64,000 bases of DNA, taken from positions 109,926,001-109,990,000 of the forward strand of contig JANJGN010000007.1 of NCBI GenBank assembly GCA_026770705.1, read 5' to 3'. Every line of letters starts with the position of its first letter. Positions within the stretch are counted from its first letter, which is position 1. This DNA is from Isurus oxyrinchus (lineage: Eukaryota). The translations under genes and the position numbers were made by a program. This document shows positions 12,588-24,611 of this stretch, one piece after another. Below the pieces are notes generated by a model. It saw only the letters and a list, made by a program, of their open reading frames with translations, searched no databases and had not been told where the DNA came from.

Positions 12588-12795
12588 GTACCTTTGGTTT
12601 ATATGCTGCCGGCTTCAGAATCGCTAATCCTAATGTAATTGATCCTACAAATTGTACGCATTTTAAAAGTCGACACTGTGCCACTCTAATTCGACTGCTG
12701 GTGTTTCATAATGAATCTTATATTTTACTTCTCTTAGTTATTCTTCTTTATCTAATGCTTGCAGTGCTATTACCGTCGTGTTAATTTTTTGATAG

Positions 12796-13105
12796 CCGCC
12801 AGAGTAACTTCGAACAAAGTGGAATAGTTCCCGAAATATTTGAAGGTGCCCAGAGGTGCGAATATTTCCATGTTCTGCAGGCTCCTCATATCTCAAGGTC
12901 TTCCCGATGTTCGTTGGTGGAGACGCGGTGAGGAATCCTTTCTGGAACCAGTTAACAGAAAACGATTTGATGTTAAAAAAAAAAGCTAGTAGTTCGTTTG
13001 ACGTCCTGAATGTGACCTTTACAGATTCCGGGATGTATTATTGCAAAGTTAAGCATGGGCAAAATGTTTATGGAAATGGAGCAGGCGCCCAGTTCACTGT
13101 GCACG
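12796..13105 (+). pseudogene. Type-A germline-joined VJ exon
   Basis: KVE*FPKYLKVPRGANISMFC...DVRWWR...FDVLNVTFTDSGMYYCKVKHGQNVYGNGAGAQFTVH|gt; TAG at 12825-12827; frameshift in the A10 run 12975-12984. Confidence 0.92.
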
Positions 13106-15554
13106 GTAGGTGTTCTTGTAAGTGGGAGGGTTACAACTCTGTGCGAAACCTGTCATTTGAGCTTTTTTTTATCACTGGAGGAAAACCTGGTGATACCGAA
13201 TTCCTTTTACTCATCATCGGGTTTTCTTCCACTGACCTCGGTATACAATGGACATCGTAGATTTGAAATTAAACAATGGAATAATATGATCAAAACACAG
13301 AAAATGTCGGAAATATTCAGGAGGTCAGGGAGCCTCTGTGGAGACAAGCAGAGTTAGCGTTTCATGTCGATAATCATAATCGATCCGAAAAATTAATTCC
13401 GTTTCTCTACACAGGTGTTGCCCATCCTGCTGAATATTTCCAGCATTTTCTGTTTGTATTTCAGGCTTCCAGTATCTGTAGTATTTTGCGTTTAGGTTGC
13501 AAAAGGATAAAATAGTTCAATCTCAGCAAAATAACGGTGCCACAGTGCAACAATGGAAGCGACTTTAACCCCTACTAGGTCGTCACTTACACAACATTAA
13601 AGATCACTTAATTCACCTCAACAAGGAAGGAATATTCTCGGTGTGTTGGGTAATACCCGCAGATGGAACTACGAGGAGAAACTACCCTCATTGAGCTAAT
13701 TGCAAAGAGAAAGGAGATGTCAATGATAGTAAGACTGGTTATTCATGATATTCAGCTTGCTGCAGGTTCCAGTTTACGAATCCGCTCTGTGTCGAGTTAG
13801 CTGATCGAAATCAAGAAGGACTCCTGTGCCTCACCGCCATCCAATGCCATCCATTGGAGCTGTACGAGCCTACGGTAACAATAACAGGGAATGGGCTGTA
13901 ACTGACATCGAATCAAAGGTCAGAAGCCTCGGGTTCCTTTGCCAATAACATTAAATCCCTGTCTTCTGGTTACCGATTCTTGTCTTAATGGTTTCTCCTT
14001 GTTTACTGAATCAGAACGTTTCATAACTTTGAAAGTCGCTATCAAGCCTCCTCTTAACCTTCTCAGCTCTCAGGGGAACAAGCGTAGCTTCTCCGCTCAT
14101 TGCACATAATCCAGTCCCGTAACCCTGGTAAATCTCCAGCAAATCTTTTTTGCAACTTCTCTAAGTGTCTTCACTATAAATTTACCACAGCGACGAATAT
14201 TTCGCAATCGAGGTACCTTTTTCTGTCTACTGCTCGAAATTGCCGATCTAACATTTTGTATACTGGAATGACCGAAATTTGAAGTGGCTAGATTTTTGCT
14301 AGGCATAGGTACCAAGGAAATATAATTAAGTCGGACAAATGGTGTTGAGGTAGAGATCAACCATAATCTAAATGAATGGCAGGGGAAGTTGTGGAGGGGG
14401 GGCGGGGTGCTGAATGGACATCCTGTTCTTAAGTCCACAGTTTATACGTTGTTCTTGATCGAAATGCCAAACTATTTCCACAAAGGAACACGGCAATTCC
14501 GTAAGAGGGGAGATGTTGATCTTGCCTGCAATGTTTGGTTCCACCCCAAGTCCCAGAACTTGCAGGACAATTAAGGAGCCCAATGCCCTTATTTGAATCT
14601 CTGGGGCACACCAATTCCAATCTCTCTGATGCACTCATAACTGGTAAAGTGGAGGCGGGAAACACAAAACATTTCTATAAACGTCTGGACTCCCGCATTT
14701 GTAATTCCTAATTTCCATCTTCACTCCCCATAGGCAGGCGGAAGTGAGTGCACGAGATCAAGGGAACACTGGCTTCTTTCTCCCCAGCGGGGATTCTGTC
14801 AACATTAATTCAATAATTTGCTATTGGTACAATAAAAGAAAAGAAAATGTGTAAGAATAATATAAGAAGATTGACTTTATTAAGAAAAAAAGAATGTAGC
14901 CTAATGCGGGACTTTACTTTCAATTATCAAGTGATTTTAGGTAGAGCGGGCAAATAGGTAGAAATGTTCACATCAAAAAATTGTAAATTTGGACTGTTAT
15001 AAGCCGAATCTTCTCCAGACAAAATGCCTTCAATGAAGTTGTGGAATGGCAAAACGCGAGAATCATGTACGGCATGCACTCTGGGTTAGGATTTCCTGTT
15101 CGGTTTCGGTCATCTGTACGGATGTTGTGATCTATACAGCCATAAATAATTATCAAAATAAATTATTACTTGGAGAGCTAAACACTGCAGCTCTCCGTGC
15201 CCCTCTGGAGAAAGACACTTTGGTGAAAAGTGCACGATAAATTCGGCAGGAATCTCACTCGGGGTCTGTGCTGCAAACCTTAAAGCCGCCCTAGGATCTG
15301 GCATTTCCATTGCAGTGACAATTGCTTTATGGTTGTGCGCCAGCCTGGGACATACTCCCTTACCTGGATCGATCGAAAGGACATCTGGCAAATTTTCTGT
15401 GCGCCGCATAACATTGTGTAAAATAAATGCAAACTCAAAGGGAAACACGAGACCGCAAGGATCACCCTTCTCACAGTATGAGGTTAAGAGCATTGCGAGG
15501 GTAGGCAACTGAAAATGTGCTCAATTCAAAAGGTATATTTCTTTCCTGTTAAAG

Positions 15555-15844
15555 TACCTCCAACACCACTGAAAATCGTTCCTGTTGAAGGGAACGACTT
15601 GTCTGAAACTCGAGTGTAAAACGGCTGCCTTTTACCCGGAGGATTTAAGAGTTTCCTGGCAAAGAGATGGTGTGGAAATTCTGACCGGAACAGAAACTGA
15701 AAAACGAGATCGTAGATGGACTCTACGAGGTCTCCAGTTCTTTGGATGAAGTACAGCCTGCCCGGAACACAGTCGTTTATACCTGTCTGGTGTGTCACGT
15801 CTCTCTTGAGGTGTCCGCCAGTGTCAGCTACACCATCAACCAAG
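15555..15844 (+). pseudogene. Type-A Ig C1-set exon
   Basis: VPPTPLKIVPVEG / LKLECKTAAFYPEDLRVSWQRDG / DGLYEVSSSL...YTCLVCHVSLEVSASVSYTINQ|gtgaga; two frameshifts; 290 nt. Confidence 0.9.
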
Positions 15845-16505
15845 GTGAGATTGGAAACAGCAGCGAGTGGGGTATATGCTGCAATCTCTATTTACCTATT
15901 AGACATGTAGCCGGACTGCTGTTCAAACTCGAGTATACAGGGTGAAGGTGGAGAGTATTTACTCTCACTGTCACATTAATAGGAATAAAATGAAACAATC
16001 AAGACGGTTTGTAGCTGGAGGGGGGAGAATATCTCCCTGAAAAGATCTGAGGGAGGTTGATATGTGAGCTGCTCAAAAACTGAAAGCTCATTCCTCGTCA
16101 CATTTTTGTCATATGAAACGAATTTAGGTTAAATGGATCGGTTTTAGCAGAGTCACTTCTATCTCCCGTATATTTAAATTTAATATATGAAAATATCATT
16201 GTGCGTATCAGTTTTCTCTGCACCTTGCCTTTAGCTGTTTCACCCATAGACTCAAAAATTCACGCGCTAAATATTTCCGCCTCTCCAACTCTCCTTTTAC
16301 ACACTCCCTGAACTCTACCTCCACCTGTCCGAATATCACTTTATGCGTCCTGATTTTGTTTGATAACGCTGCTGTGAAGTGCGTTTAAGCGTTTTGCTAC
16401 GTTAAATGCAAGGTATTCTTGTTACCTCCTGAAAATTGCAAAGGTATCCTTTGGTAAGACTGTTTATCAGTGTTGAAGAGTGGAAGATTTTGTCACTCTT
16501 TGCAG

Positions 16506-16538
16506 CCGATGCGCATCTGTCTGGTGTAGCACAGAAAG
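16506..16538 (+). pseudogene. Candidate 33-nt phase-1 micro-exon (ADAHLSGVAQK)
   Basis: tttgtcactctttgcag acceptor and AAAG|GTAAAA donor; frame-preserving. Confidence 0.5.
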
Positions 16539-17073
16539 GTAAAAGGTGTACGTGCCTTACTCTTAACAAACAACCCTCACGTCCAGAGAGAAGCTTCCTG
16601 CGTCTTTATCGATTTATTCCCTCCATAAATTGCGTTACTGGCTTCAGTTTATATTGTTTGGTACATATTATAATCCACGTGCGGCTACTGCCAATTTATG
16701 AAAGCCGTCGGTCCCCACTGAGATTAAGCGGTTACCCAAGAGACAGCTTTAGAGCTCGCCCTCCTGTGTCTGACACATAACTCCGTATATAAACCTCGCT
16801 GTGTTCGACAAGTTCTTATTTCAATCTTTTGTTGATCATGTAGGTATTGGTGTCAGTTTACGATGTAAAATGGCTTGCTGACTCTTTGTCACATGTCTTA
16901 CACTACCCCACACAAAGCAGTGTGCTCCATTGGATAGAGAGACACGACGAAGCACTTCAATTTTCAAGGTTCCTTCCTTTACACAGTAAAAGCGTTTAGC
17001 TTCGAAGTCGACTTATTGGTTTTGCTTGCACACTTATTCAGTTATTCAACGTGGATTTCTTCTCTTCCTTTAG

Positions 17074-17097
17074 GCGTTGAGAGAAATTTTGTGGAAG
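17074..17097 (+). pseudogene. Candidate 24-nt phase-1 micro-exon (GVERNFVE)
   Basis: tttcttctcttcctttag acceptor and GAAG|GTGATT donor; read-through would give GVERNFVEGD*. Confidence 0.5.
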
Positions 17098-17209
17098 GTG
17101 ATTAAAGTGAAGAGCCGATAGGGCGAAAATGTTCTTTATATTCCAAAAAGAGGGGTTCGCGGGTAACAGCAAGAAATATTGCAATCAGCCGAGAAGAATT
17201 TAATTAAGT

Positions 17210-17790
17210 TTCATAGAATCATAGAAATGAAGTTATTATGCCTGTCCCGCTTCTGTGAAAAAACTATCCAATTAGCCCAATTCCCCATCTTTACCCATAA
17301 CCCTTCTTTTTGTTTGTTCAAGAAAATCTCTAATTCGTTTTTTTAAAGTTTCCATTGAATCTGCTTCCTCCAACCTTTCAGGAAATGGGTTCCTGACCAC
17401 AACAACCGGCTACACATAAAAAAATCTCATCTTGTCCTGATTATTTTGCCAATTATCTTAATTAGCCGTCCCTTGGATACCAACCCAAACACCACTGAAA
17501 ACGCTTCCTACATATTTACTTTCCTCAAAACTTCTCACCATTTTCAACACGCCCATTATATTCCCTTTTATCTTTCTCTGCTCTGAGAACAATCAAAGGC
17601 TCTCTCGTCTCCCCAGCGTAACTGAAGTCCCTCATCCCTGGTACCATTCTAGCAAATATCCTTTGCAACGGCTCCCAAAAATGTTGTTCCCAGAATGGGA
17701 CCAAATGCACCAATGAGGCTTAACCAGTGATTTATAAAGTTACAGCATAAATTCATTCTTTTTGCACCCCATGCCCTTATTTAGAAGGCC
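17210..17790 (-). mobile_element. Old CR1 3' fragment
   Basis: catagaatcatagaa tail; minus ORF LQRIFARMVPGMRDFSY. Confidence 0.7.
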
Positions 17791-18169
17791 AGAATAAATG
17801 TGTATTTATTGAAACATACACGATTGATGGATACTGTTTCAACAATTTCAACAATTCGAGGTTCTTAGATGCCCAGTTGCTTAATTGACACATTGTGTTG
17901 CATAATCACATGTGTAGCGTAACTAGGAAGGTGCCTAGTTAAAAGTGTTGCAAAGAAAGAACATGGTAATAGTACAGGGTAAAGATATCGGTCATGATAG
18001 CTGATGTGACAGAACTTAAAGTCAATTGGGTGCACCAGCAAATAAGTTCAGAGTAGGGAAAATGGTAAAGGGACAGAAGCAAGCACTCCGTATCTGAATG
18101 CAGCCAGCAGTTCTAACAAGGTAGATCGTTTGATGCTACACATAGGTGAGAAAGCATGTTCTGAGCAAG

Positions 18170-19990
18170 TCACAAAGAGAATGCCAAGGGATATAGATAG
18201 GTTATGTGAATGAGCAAGAATTTGGCAGATGGAGTATGATGTGAGAAAAGGTGAAGTTATCTTCTTTGGAAGGAAGAGAAGAAAAATAGAATATCATTTA
18301 AATGAAATGAAACTACAGAATACTGTGGTACAGAGGATTTAAGACAAAGGTGAGGAGGAATTTATTCTCTCAAAGGGTTATGAGGGATGGGGGGCTGGAA
18401 ACAGGAAAGTGTTGTTGAGGCCAGAATCAGATCAGCCATGATCTCGTTGAATGGTCTACTCCTACTCCTGCCTCTTATGACCTTGTCGTTAACCTTTGCA
18501 ATTTTGTACCCAGAGAACAATGGAGGCTGGGTAATTGAATATATTCAATGCTGAATTATACAGATTTTCATCTACACGAGTGCCAAGGGTGATTTTTGGT
18601 GTGGGGTAGTTGCGGTGGGTCAGATGGTGGAAGGCAAGAAATACAGAACCAGAAACAACTTACCCTATGCCACTGTCCAAGCTAGCACCAGGAAAAAAAG
18701 ATAAACCCCATTCTGCCAGAGTAGAACACGGTACAGCTGAGTTAATTCATTGAAGCCCTATCATTGTTAAGTGGTATGACGCTAATGTGTAGGAATTGGA
18801 AAGGTTCCAGTTTTAATAAACTAATTGGTTTTGTCAATTGATCTCAGCCAAGGTTCATCAGATTTGCCTCACGTCCGAGAACAGAAAGACCTGGGAGTAT
18901 ATGTGCATCAATCTTTGAAGGTGGCTGGGCAAGGTAAGTGGGTGGTTTGCAAAGCATGTGGGATCTTGGGCTTCATATATAGATACATTAAGTGCAAAAG
19001 CATGGAAGTCATGTTGAACCTTTATACAGATTTACTTTGACCACAGAATATTACATCCAGTTCTGGTCACAACACTGTAGGGTATGTGGGTCTTTCGGAG
19101 GCTGTAGAGATGATGTACCAGAATAGTTCCATGCGTGGGAGATTTTGGGGGGAGATTTGATGAAGGTGTACAAGATTATAACAGCTTTAGAGAAGGTAGA
19201 CAAAGAAAAACTGTTTCTATTAGCTTCTATTAGAGGTTTACAAGAATGTTGCCAGGGTTAGAAAAGTGTAGCTACGAGGAGAGATTGGATAGGTTGGGGT
19301 TATTTTCCTTAGGAAAAAGAAAGCTGAAAGGTGACTCGATTGAGGTGTACAAAAGTAAGAGGGGAATAGATAGAGTGGATAGGATAAAATTGTTTCCCTT
19401 GCTGGAGAATTTTGAACCAGGGGACATAGATTCAGGATAAGTGGCAGAAGGTGTAGGGGATACATGAGGAAGAACTTTTTTACACAGAGGATAGTGGGTG
19501 TCTGCAATCTGCTGCCCAAGTTGGTGGTTGAGGCAGAAACTCTAAACTCTTTTAAAAAGTATCTGGATCTGCACCTTAAGTGCTGTAAACTGCAGGGCGA
19601 TGGGCCAGGTGCAGGAAGGTGGGCTTAGAAAGGGCATCTGGGTGTCCTCGGGCTGGCATGGATAAGATGGGCCGAATGGCCTCCTTCTGTGCTGTAACTT
19701 TTCTATGCTTCTATGGTTCTAGCTGATGGTACAGGGACAGAGTTAAGGACAAGAGACACAGGGGAAATCTGAGGGGAAAATTTTCAAACCGTGTGTAGTA
19801 ATGACCCATAATTTGCTGCCCACCAGGGCGGTGGAAGCAGAGATCAATGATTTCAAAAGGAATTGGCATGGGCACTTCAAGTTTACTTCCTTGCAGGTTT
19901 ACAGAGATAGGAGTCGGGGAATGGAACTGACGGAATTGCTCCGTGGAAAGCCTTTAGACTGGGTGGGCTGTATACCCACCCTCTGAGCTT
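18170..19990 (+). mobile_element. Cluster of CR1 3' fragments, with a younger copy (~19235-19720) nested in an older one
   Basis: MLPGLEKCSYEERLDRLGLFSL; TTCTATG tail at ~19700; the host resumes gctgatggtac. Confidence 0.75.
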
Positions 19991-20127
19991 CCAGTGGACT
20001 CTGACTTTAAACTGAATTTGATAATTGATGAGAGAAAATTTCATTACAGCCTTTTTTTAAACCCTGATTGCCTCAAGCAACGAACTGACGATAAACTAAC
20101 AGGTGACATTAAATATTACTTTCACAG

Positions 20128-20306
20128 ATTAAAGAGGCAGGAATAGCAAGCTGATTTACGCCACTCTGCAGCTCACTGATTCCAATAAAACATCAAAATC
20201 TTGACAGGAAGATGAACATGTAGTGTACGCAAAAGTGAACATGACAAAGAAAAAGAGAAGCAGAGAATCGAAAAACAATCCAATGATGAGTTTTTTATGC
20301 GTGTAG
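20128..20306 (+). pseudogene. Type-A terminal cytoplasmic exon with two ITIMs
   Basis: tactttcacag acceptor, then D*RGRNSKLIYATLQLTDSNKTSKS*QEDEHVVYAKVNMTKKKRSRESKNNPMMSFLCV*; Tyr codons at 20157 and 20226. Confidence 0.75.
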
Positions 20307-23300
20307 GCCCAGGGCATTCAATTCTTCTTAAGTGCTCTGCCCGAAGGCAGGTCCAATCCACAGCACCTTGACCACCCATCAAGGGTAGGGTAAGGACGCA
20401 GGTCCCATTTCCAACCCAACTGGAACACGGTTCTGCTGGCATCAGTTTGATCCACATCTGCTACCCAGACAACTGAGTCAACCAGCCTCCCCAAAGCAGT
20501 TCGAGTTGCTGTAGGAACATACACATTTACATGCATGTTGTAGCATGGGTAGTGATGGTAGGATTCCAACTTCTTTCCATCACATAGATGGAAAAAAAGT
20601 GAGCATTTTGGTACTAATACAAATCAGTAGATTTCCCCGCACTGATGTTCAAATTCCACAGGGTTATCCTACTGAAATTTGAGCGGACCAGTATTTTCTT
20701 TTCTTTTGGTGGTGGGGGCGGGGTAGGTGATGGTGGGCGGACGACATGGGGAACACAACAGAGACACAGAGAAAGACAGAGAGACAGAGAAGTAATAACA
20801 GAGAAAGAGAACAAGGGTGTGGGAACAAGAGAGAGAGAACGAGAGAAAGAAGCCATAAAGAAAAAGTGTAAGCAGCTGTTTATCATTTCCCTTGGGTTGC
20901 TGATGTTACAATAAAAGACCAGTGATAATTTCATCAAAGGCCAGTGGAACTATATTTAAACCAAGTGCTTTACACTATTTAAACAGTACATGATTTTTTT
21001 CATCACTCCCTCTAGTGACAGACCCCTTCACACATTGCTACTTCACTTTCCTTATACAGCTTTATCCTGCCACCAAGCAACTTTAAGGCAACACACATGA
21101 CTGTATAATTGCGTGCAGTATTTTCAGTACAGTTTGATCCTATTAGGAATTATACATGCCTTTGGCAATCCTAGTGACAGCACTTCTAAACTATGCAGCA
21201 CCTGCCAGGGGTAATGTTCAGCCTTCCATACTGCCAGTATGATGTGCAACACTACAACTATGTACAGTATCAAATGGCCCAGATTTTTAAAATCTCTAAT
21301 GTTCACAACGTGGAGCATGATTCTACATTCTGGGAAGTGGATGGTACAGACAAGGCTACATTAGTCACCGAGAAGGTCACAGTGGGCCTTCTCCTTGAAC
21401 TATGCATCAAACTCTTTAACTCACCACATGTCTCTTGCTAAGAAGGAGTTCGATTCATTTCCTCCACAAAATCAATAACGAATGAATCATGGGCCCACCA
21501 CGAATTGGAGACAGAAAACCTCTGGACCTGCACGTGTGCATTACAATTTTCTCATCCCAGGCTAATAGCTTCAATCCAGTTCAAATTGACCTTTTCTTTC
21601 CTTTGCATCTTTAAACATTTCCTCTTCGTTTTTTCGAAAACCTAGAACAGAAGTTCATGAAGATCTGTATCAGCCTTATGACTGCCTGCAATCAAACAGT
21701 TACTGCAATACCCACTTGATTCTGAACATTGTAATTTTCTGAAAATCAAAGTTACTTCACACACAACTTACATTCAGCAGGCACTGCAGCAAATTGCATA
21801 GGCCTATTAACCAGCAGCAGTCCGATCATTTACACGCTTTAGTAACATGGGATGAGCAGAAAAAAATTGTGTGTGTGTATGTGTGTAAAACAGGCAAGAG
21901 ATAAAATTCCAACCAACACTATAAAGCCTCGAGTCCCACATCTGATCATAAATGAGAAGAAATTTATACGAGGCTGGAGCTGGACCAAAAAATTACTTCT
22001 CCAAAGATGAAAGGTAAACACTTCACATTTCTACCACAGTAACCAAAGCAGCAGAATCCATTCAGTGAATTGCCAATCCAACTAGGTTTCGAGTGCGACA
22101 TCCAATTACAAAATAGAAACAAAATGATCAGGATGAAATATAAAAATCGCATGCGTTTCAGCCAATTAAAAACTCAAAAAAAAAGTGATGTTATTCATTT
22201 AATAAAGTAGAAGATGCAAACAATTACGCACGAGCAAAAAGAAACATTTCATTTTTTTAAAAAGCTGCAGTTAAGTTCCTTGTCTCTTATTGTCGAGTTA
22301 AACAGAGCACCAGCCAAGGCAGGACAGGTGCTGCAAAATGCCACAGGCTAGGGTAGAAGAACTGATTAAGTCCATGGCGAATGGAAGCCACACTTGATGA
22401 TATTCAGGGAAACTGGACTTACATGGCCATCATGATCTTGTGCCTGGGATATTCATTTATTCATTTATAAATAAAATTAATCTGAGAAGCTTAAAATGTT
22501 AGCAGATTTTTAGTCACCTTGGAAAATGTAAACATTAACTGCAATGAAAGAAATGATTTTCTTTTTTAAGTATGAACAATGCATTTAATTACAAGGGCAT
22601 TGAGTCATGAAATACTTTTAGGAAAGCTGCGTCTGTTTCAGGCTTGAAGCTGCCCAATTGCATACAGTGAAGCAGCCTTGTGATGTACTAGTGCTCTGTT
22701 TGGAGTATAATTTAGCAAAATATCATGTTGGGTTAATTGCTTAACATACTTTGTTTTTACACATAACCAAACTACAAGCTTGTTATTAAACCTAAACTTT
22801 TCTACATCTGGCCTTCTAGTTACAATCTGGTCATCATTACCCATATTGCTACGCTTGGTCTTTCAAATTAATTTTCTAGATTTCTCCTCACCTGCAACAT
22901 CTTTCTTCACTGTTTAGTTTAAAGCCCTACCTAAATTGTCGCAGTTTGTCGCACCAATGGACTAGAAGCCCAAGTTAACGCCAGCGGTTCACAAATCATA
23001 GAATCTTCACAGTGCAGAAGGAGGCCATTCAGCGCATTAAGTCTGCACTGGCCTCTGAAAGAGCATTCTACCTAGTCCCACTCCCCTGCCTTATCCCTGT
23101 AACCTTGCATAATCTTTCTTTTCAGACAGCAATCCAGTTCACTTTTGACTACCTCAATCGAACCTGCCTCCATCACAGTCTCAGGAAGTTCCTTCCAGAT
23201 TCCAACCACCCTCACATCACCTTTACTCCATTTGCCAATTTATTGAATCTGTAATCTCTAGTTCTTGACGTTCTCTTGATTGGGAACAGTTTCTCACTAT

Positions 23301-24611
23301 TTACCCCATCTATACCCTTCAGAATTGTGAATGCCTTTATCAAGTCTCTTCTCAGCCTTCTTTTCTCCACGGAAAGCAGTCCCAAGCTCTCCAACATATC
23401 CTCATAGCGACAGTTCTTTATCTCTGGCATCATTGTTGTGAATCTCCTCTGTACTCTCTCCAATGCCTTCACATCCATCCTCAAGTATGGCTCCAAAAAC
23501 TGGATGCAGTGCTCCAGATGAGGCCTAACTATGTCCTTTTGAACTTCAGGGCTATCCTCATCACAGCTGACGTTTTCAATCTTGGTACAATTCGCTAATT
23601 TTGAAATCATGGCCTGAATATCACAGTCTAGGTCATTAATAAGATGACAGTCTAGGTCAACAAGAGCCAAGGGTCCCAACACTGACCCCTGAGGAATCCA
23701 CTACAAATATTCCTGCAATCAGAAAAGCAACCATTTATCACTTCTCTCTGTTTCCTGTCACACAGCCAATTTCCTATCCAAGTACCAACTTTCCCTTTTA
23801 TTCCATGAGCCAGAATTTTGTTCACAGGCCTGTTGTGTTGTGTATCAAATGTCTTTTTAAAATGCATATGCACCACATTAACAGCTTTGTCCTTATCAAC
23901 CTATTCTGTTTCCTCGTTAAAAACAACTCCAGCATGTTAGTTAAATATAATTTTCCCTTAATGAACTCTTGCTGGCTTTCCTTTATTGTCCTACACTTAC
24001 TGAAGGGACTGTTGATTTTGGCCCAAACTACAGTTTCCTCAAATTTCCTTATCACTGAAGTCAAACTGAGTGGTCTGTAGTTGCCAGCTTTATCCTTACA
24101 TCCCTTTTTGAACAAGGGTGTAATGTTCGCAATTCTCCAGTCCTCTGACACCACCCCTGTGTCTAAGGAAAGCTGGAAGATTATCACTAGTGCATCTGCA
24201 ATTTCCACTCTCGCTTCCCTCTGTACCCTCGAATGCATCTCATCTGGTTAAGGATAGCCACTCTAATACCTCCTCCTCCTCAATTGAAAATTCTTCTAGT
24301 GTACCAGTTATCTCCTCTCTCACCTCGGCCTGGGTAGCATCTTCTTCCTTTGTAAAGACAGGTGAAAAGTATTCATGTAATACCCTGCTATTTCTCCTGA
24401 CTCCACATGCAAGTCCCCTTTTTATTCCTAATCACCCCCATCCTTTCTTTTACCACCCTTTTATTACTTATATGCTTATGGAAGACATTAGGAATCTGAT
24501 TTCGATTGGCTGTCTGTTTCTATTCATGCTATTTCCCTGCTTTTCTTATTAGTATTTTTCACTTCATCTTGCCGGTCTATATTTAGTCTGATTCTTCATT
24601 ATATTTTCCAC

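Larger units (their letters stand above)
12533..20306 (+). pseudogene. Type-A VJ-C1 Ig-superfamily receptor pseudogene with dual-ITIM tail
   Basis: Phase-1 GT-AG exons: leader 12533-12587, VJ 12796-13105, C1 15555-15844, micro-exons 16506-16538 and 17074-17097, ITIM exon 20128-20306; stops and frameshifts in leader, V, C1 and tail. Confidence 0.85.

Noticed and set aside
13095-13101. CACTGTG heptamer at the end of the V exon (also CACAGTG at ~13540) as an RSS
   Set aside because: Lies within the FTVH codons or deep in the intron; no properly spaced nonamer seen
14500-14575. GDVDLACNVWFHP resembling an Ig B strand
   Set aside because: No downstream Trp or YxC motif and no splice sites; likely chance
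16436-16780. 114-aa ORF with a mildly hydrophobic stretch as the type-A TM
   Set aside because: Reads through a good donor into intron-like sequence; the hydrophobic run is interrupted by polar residues
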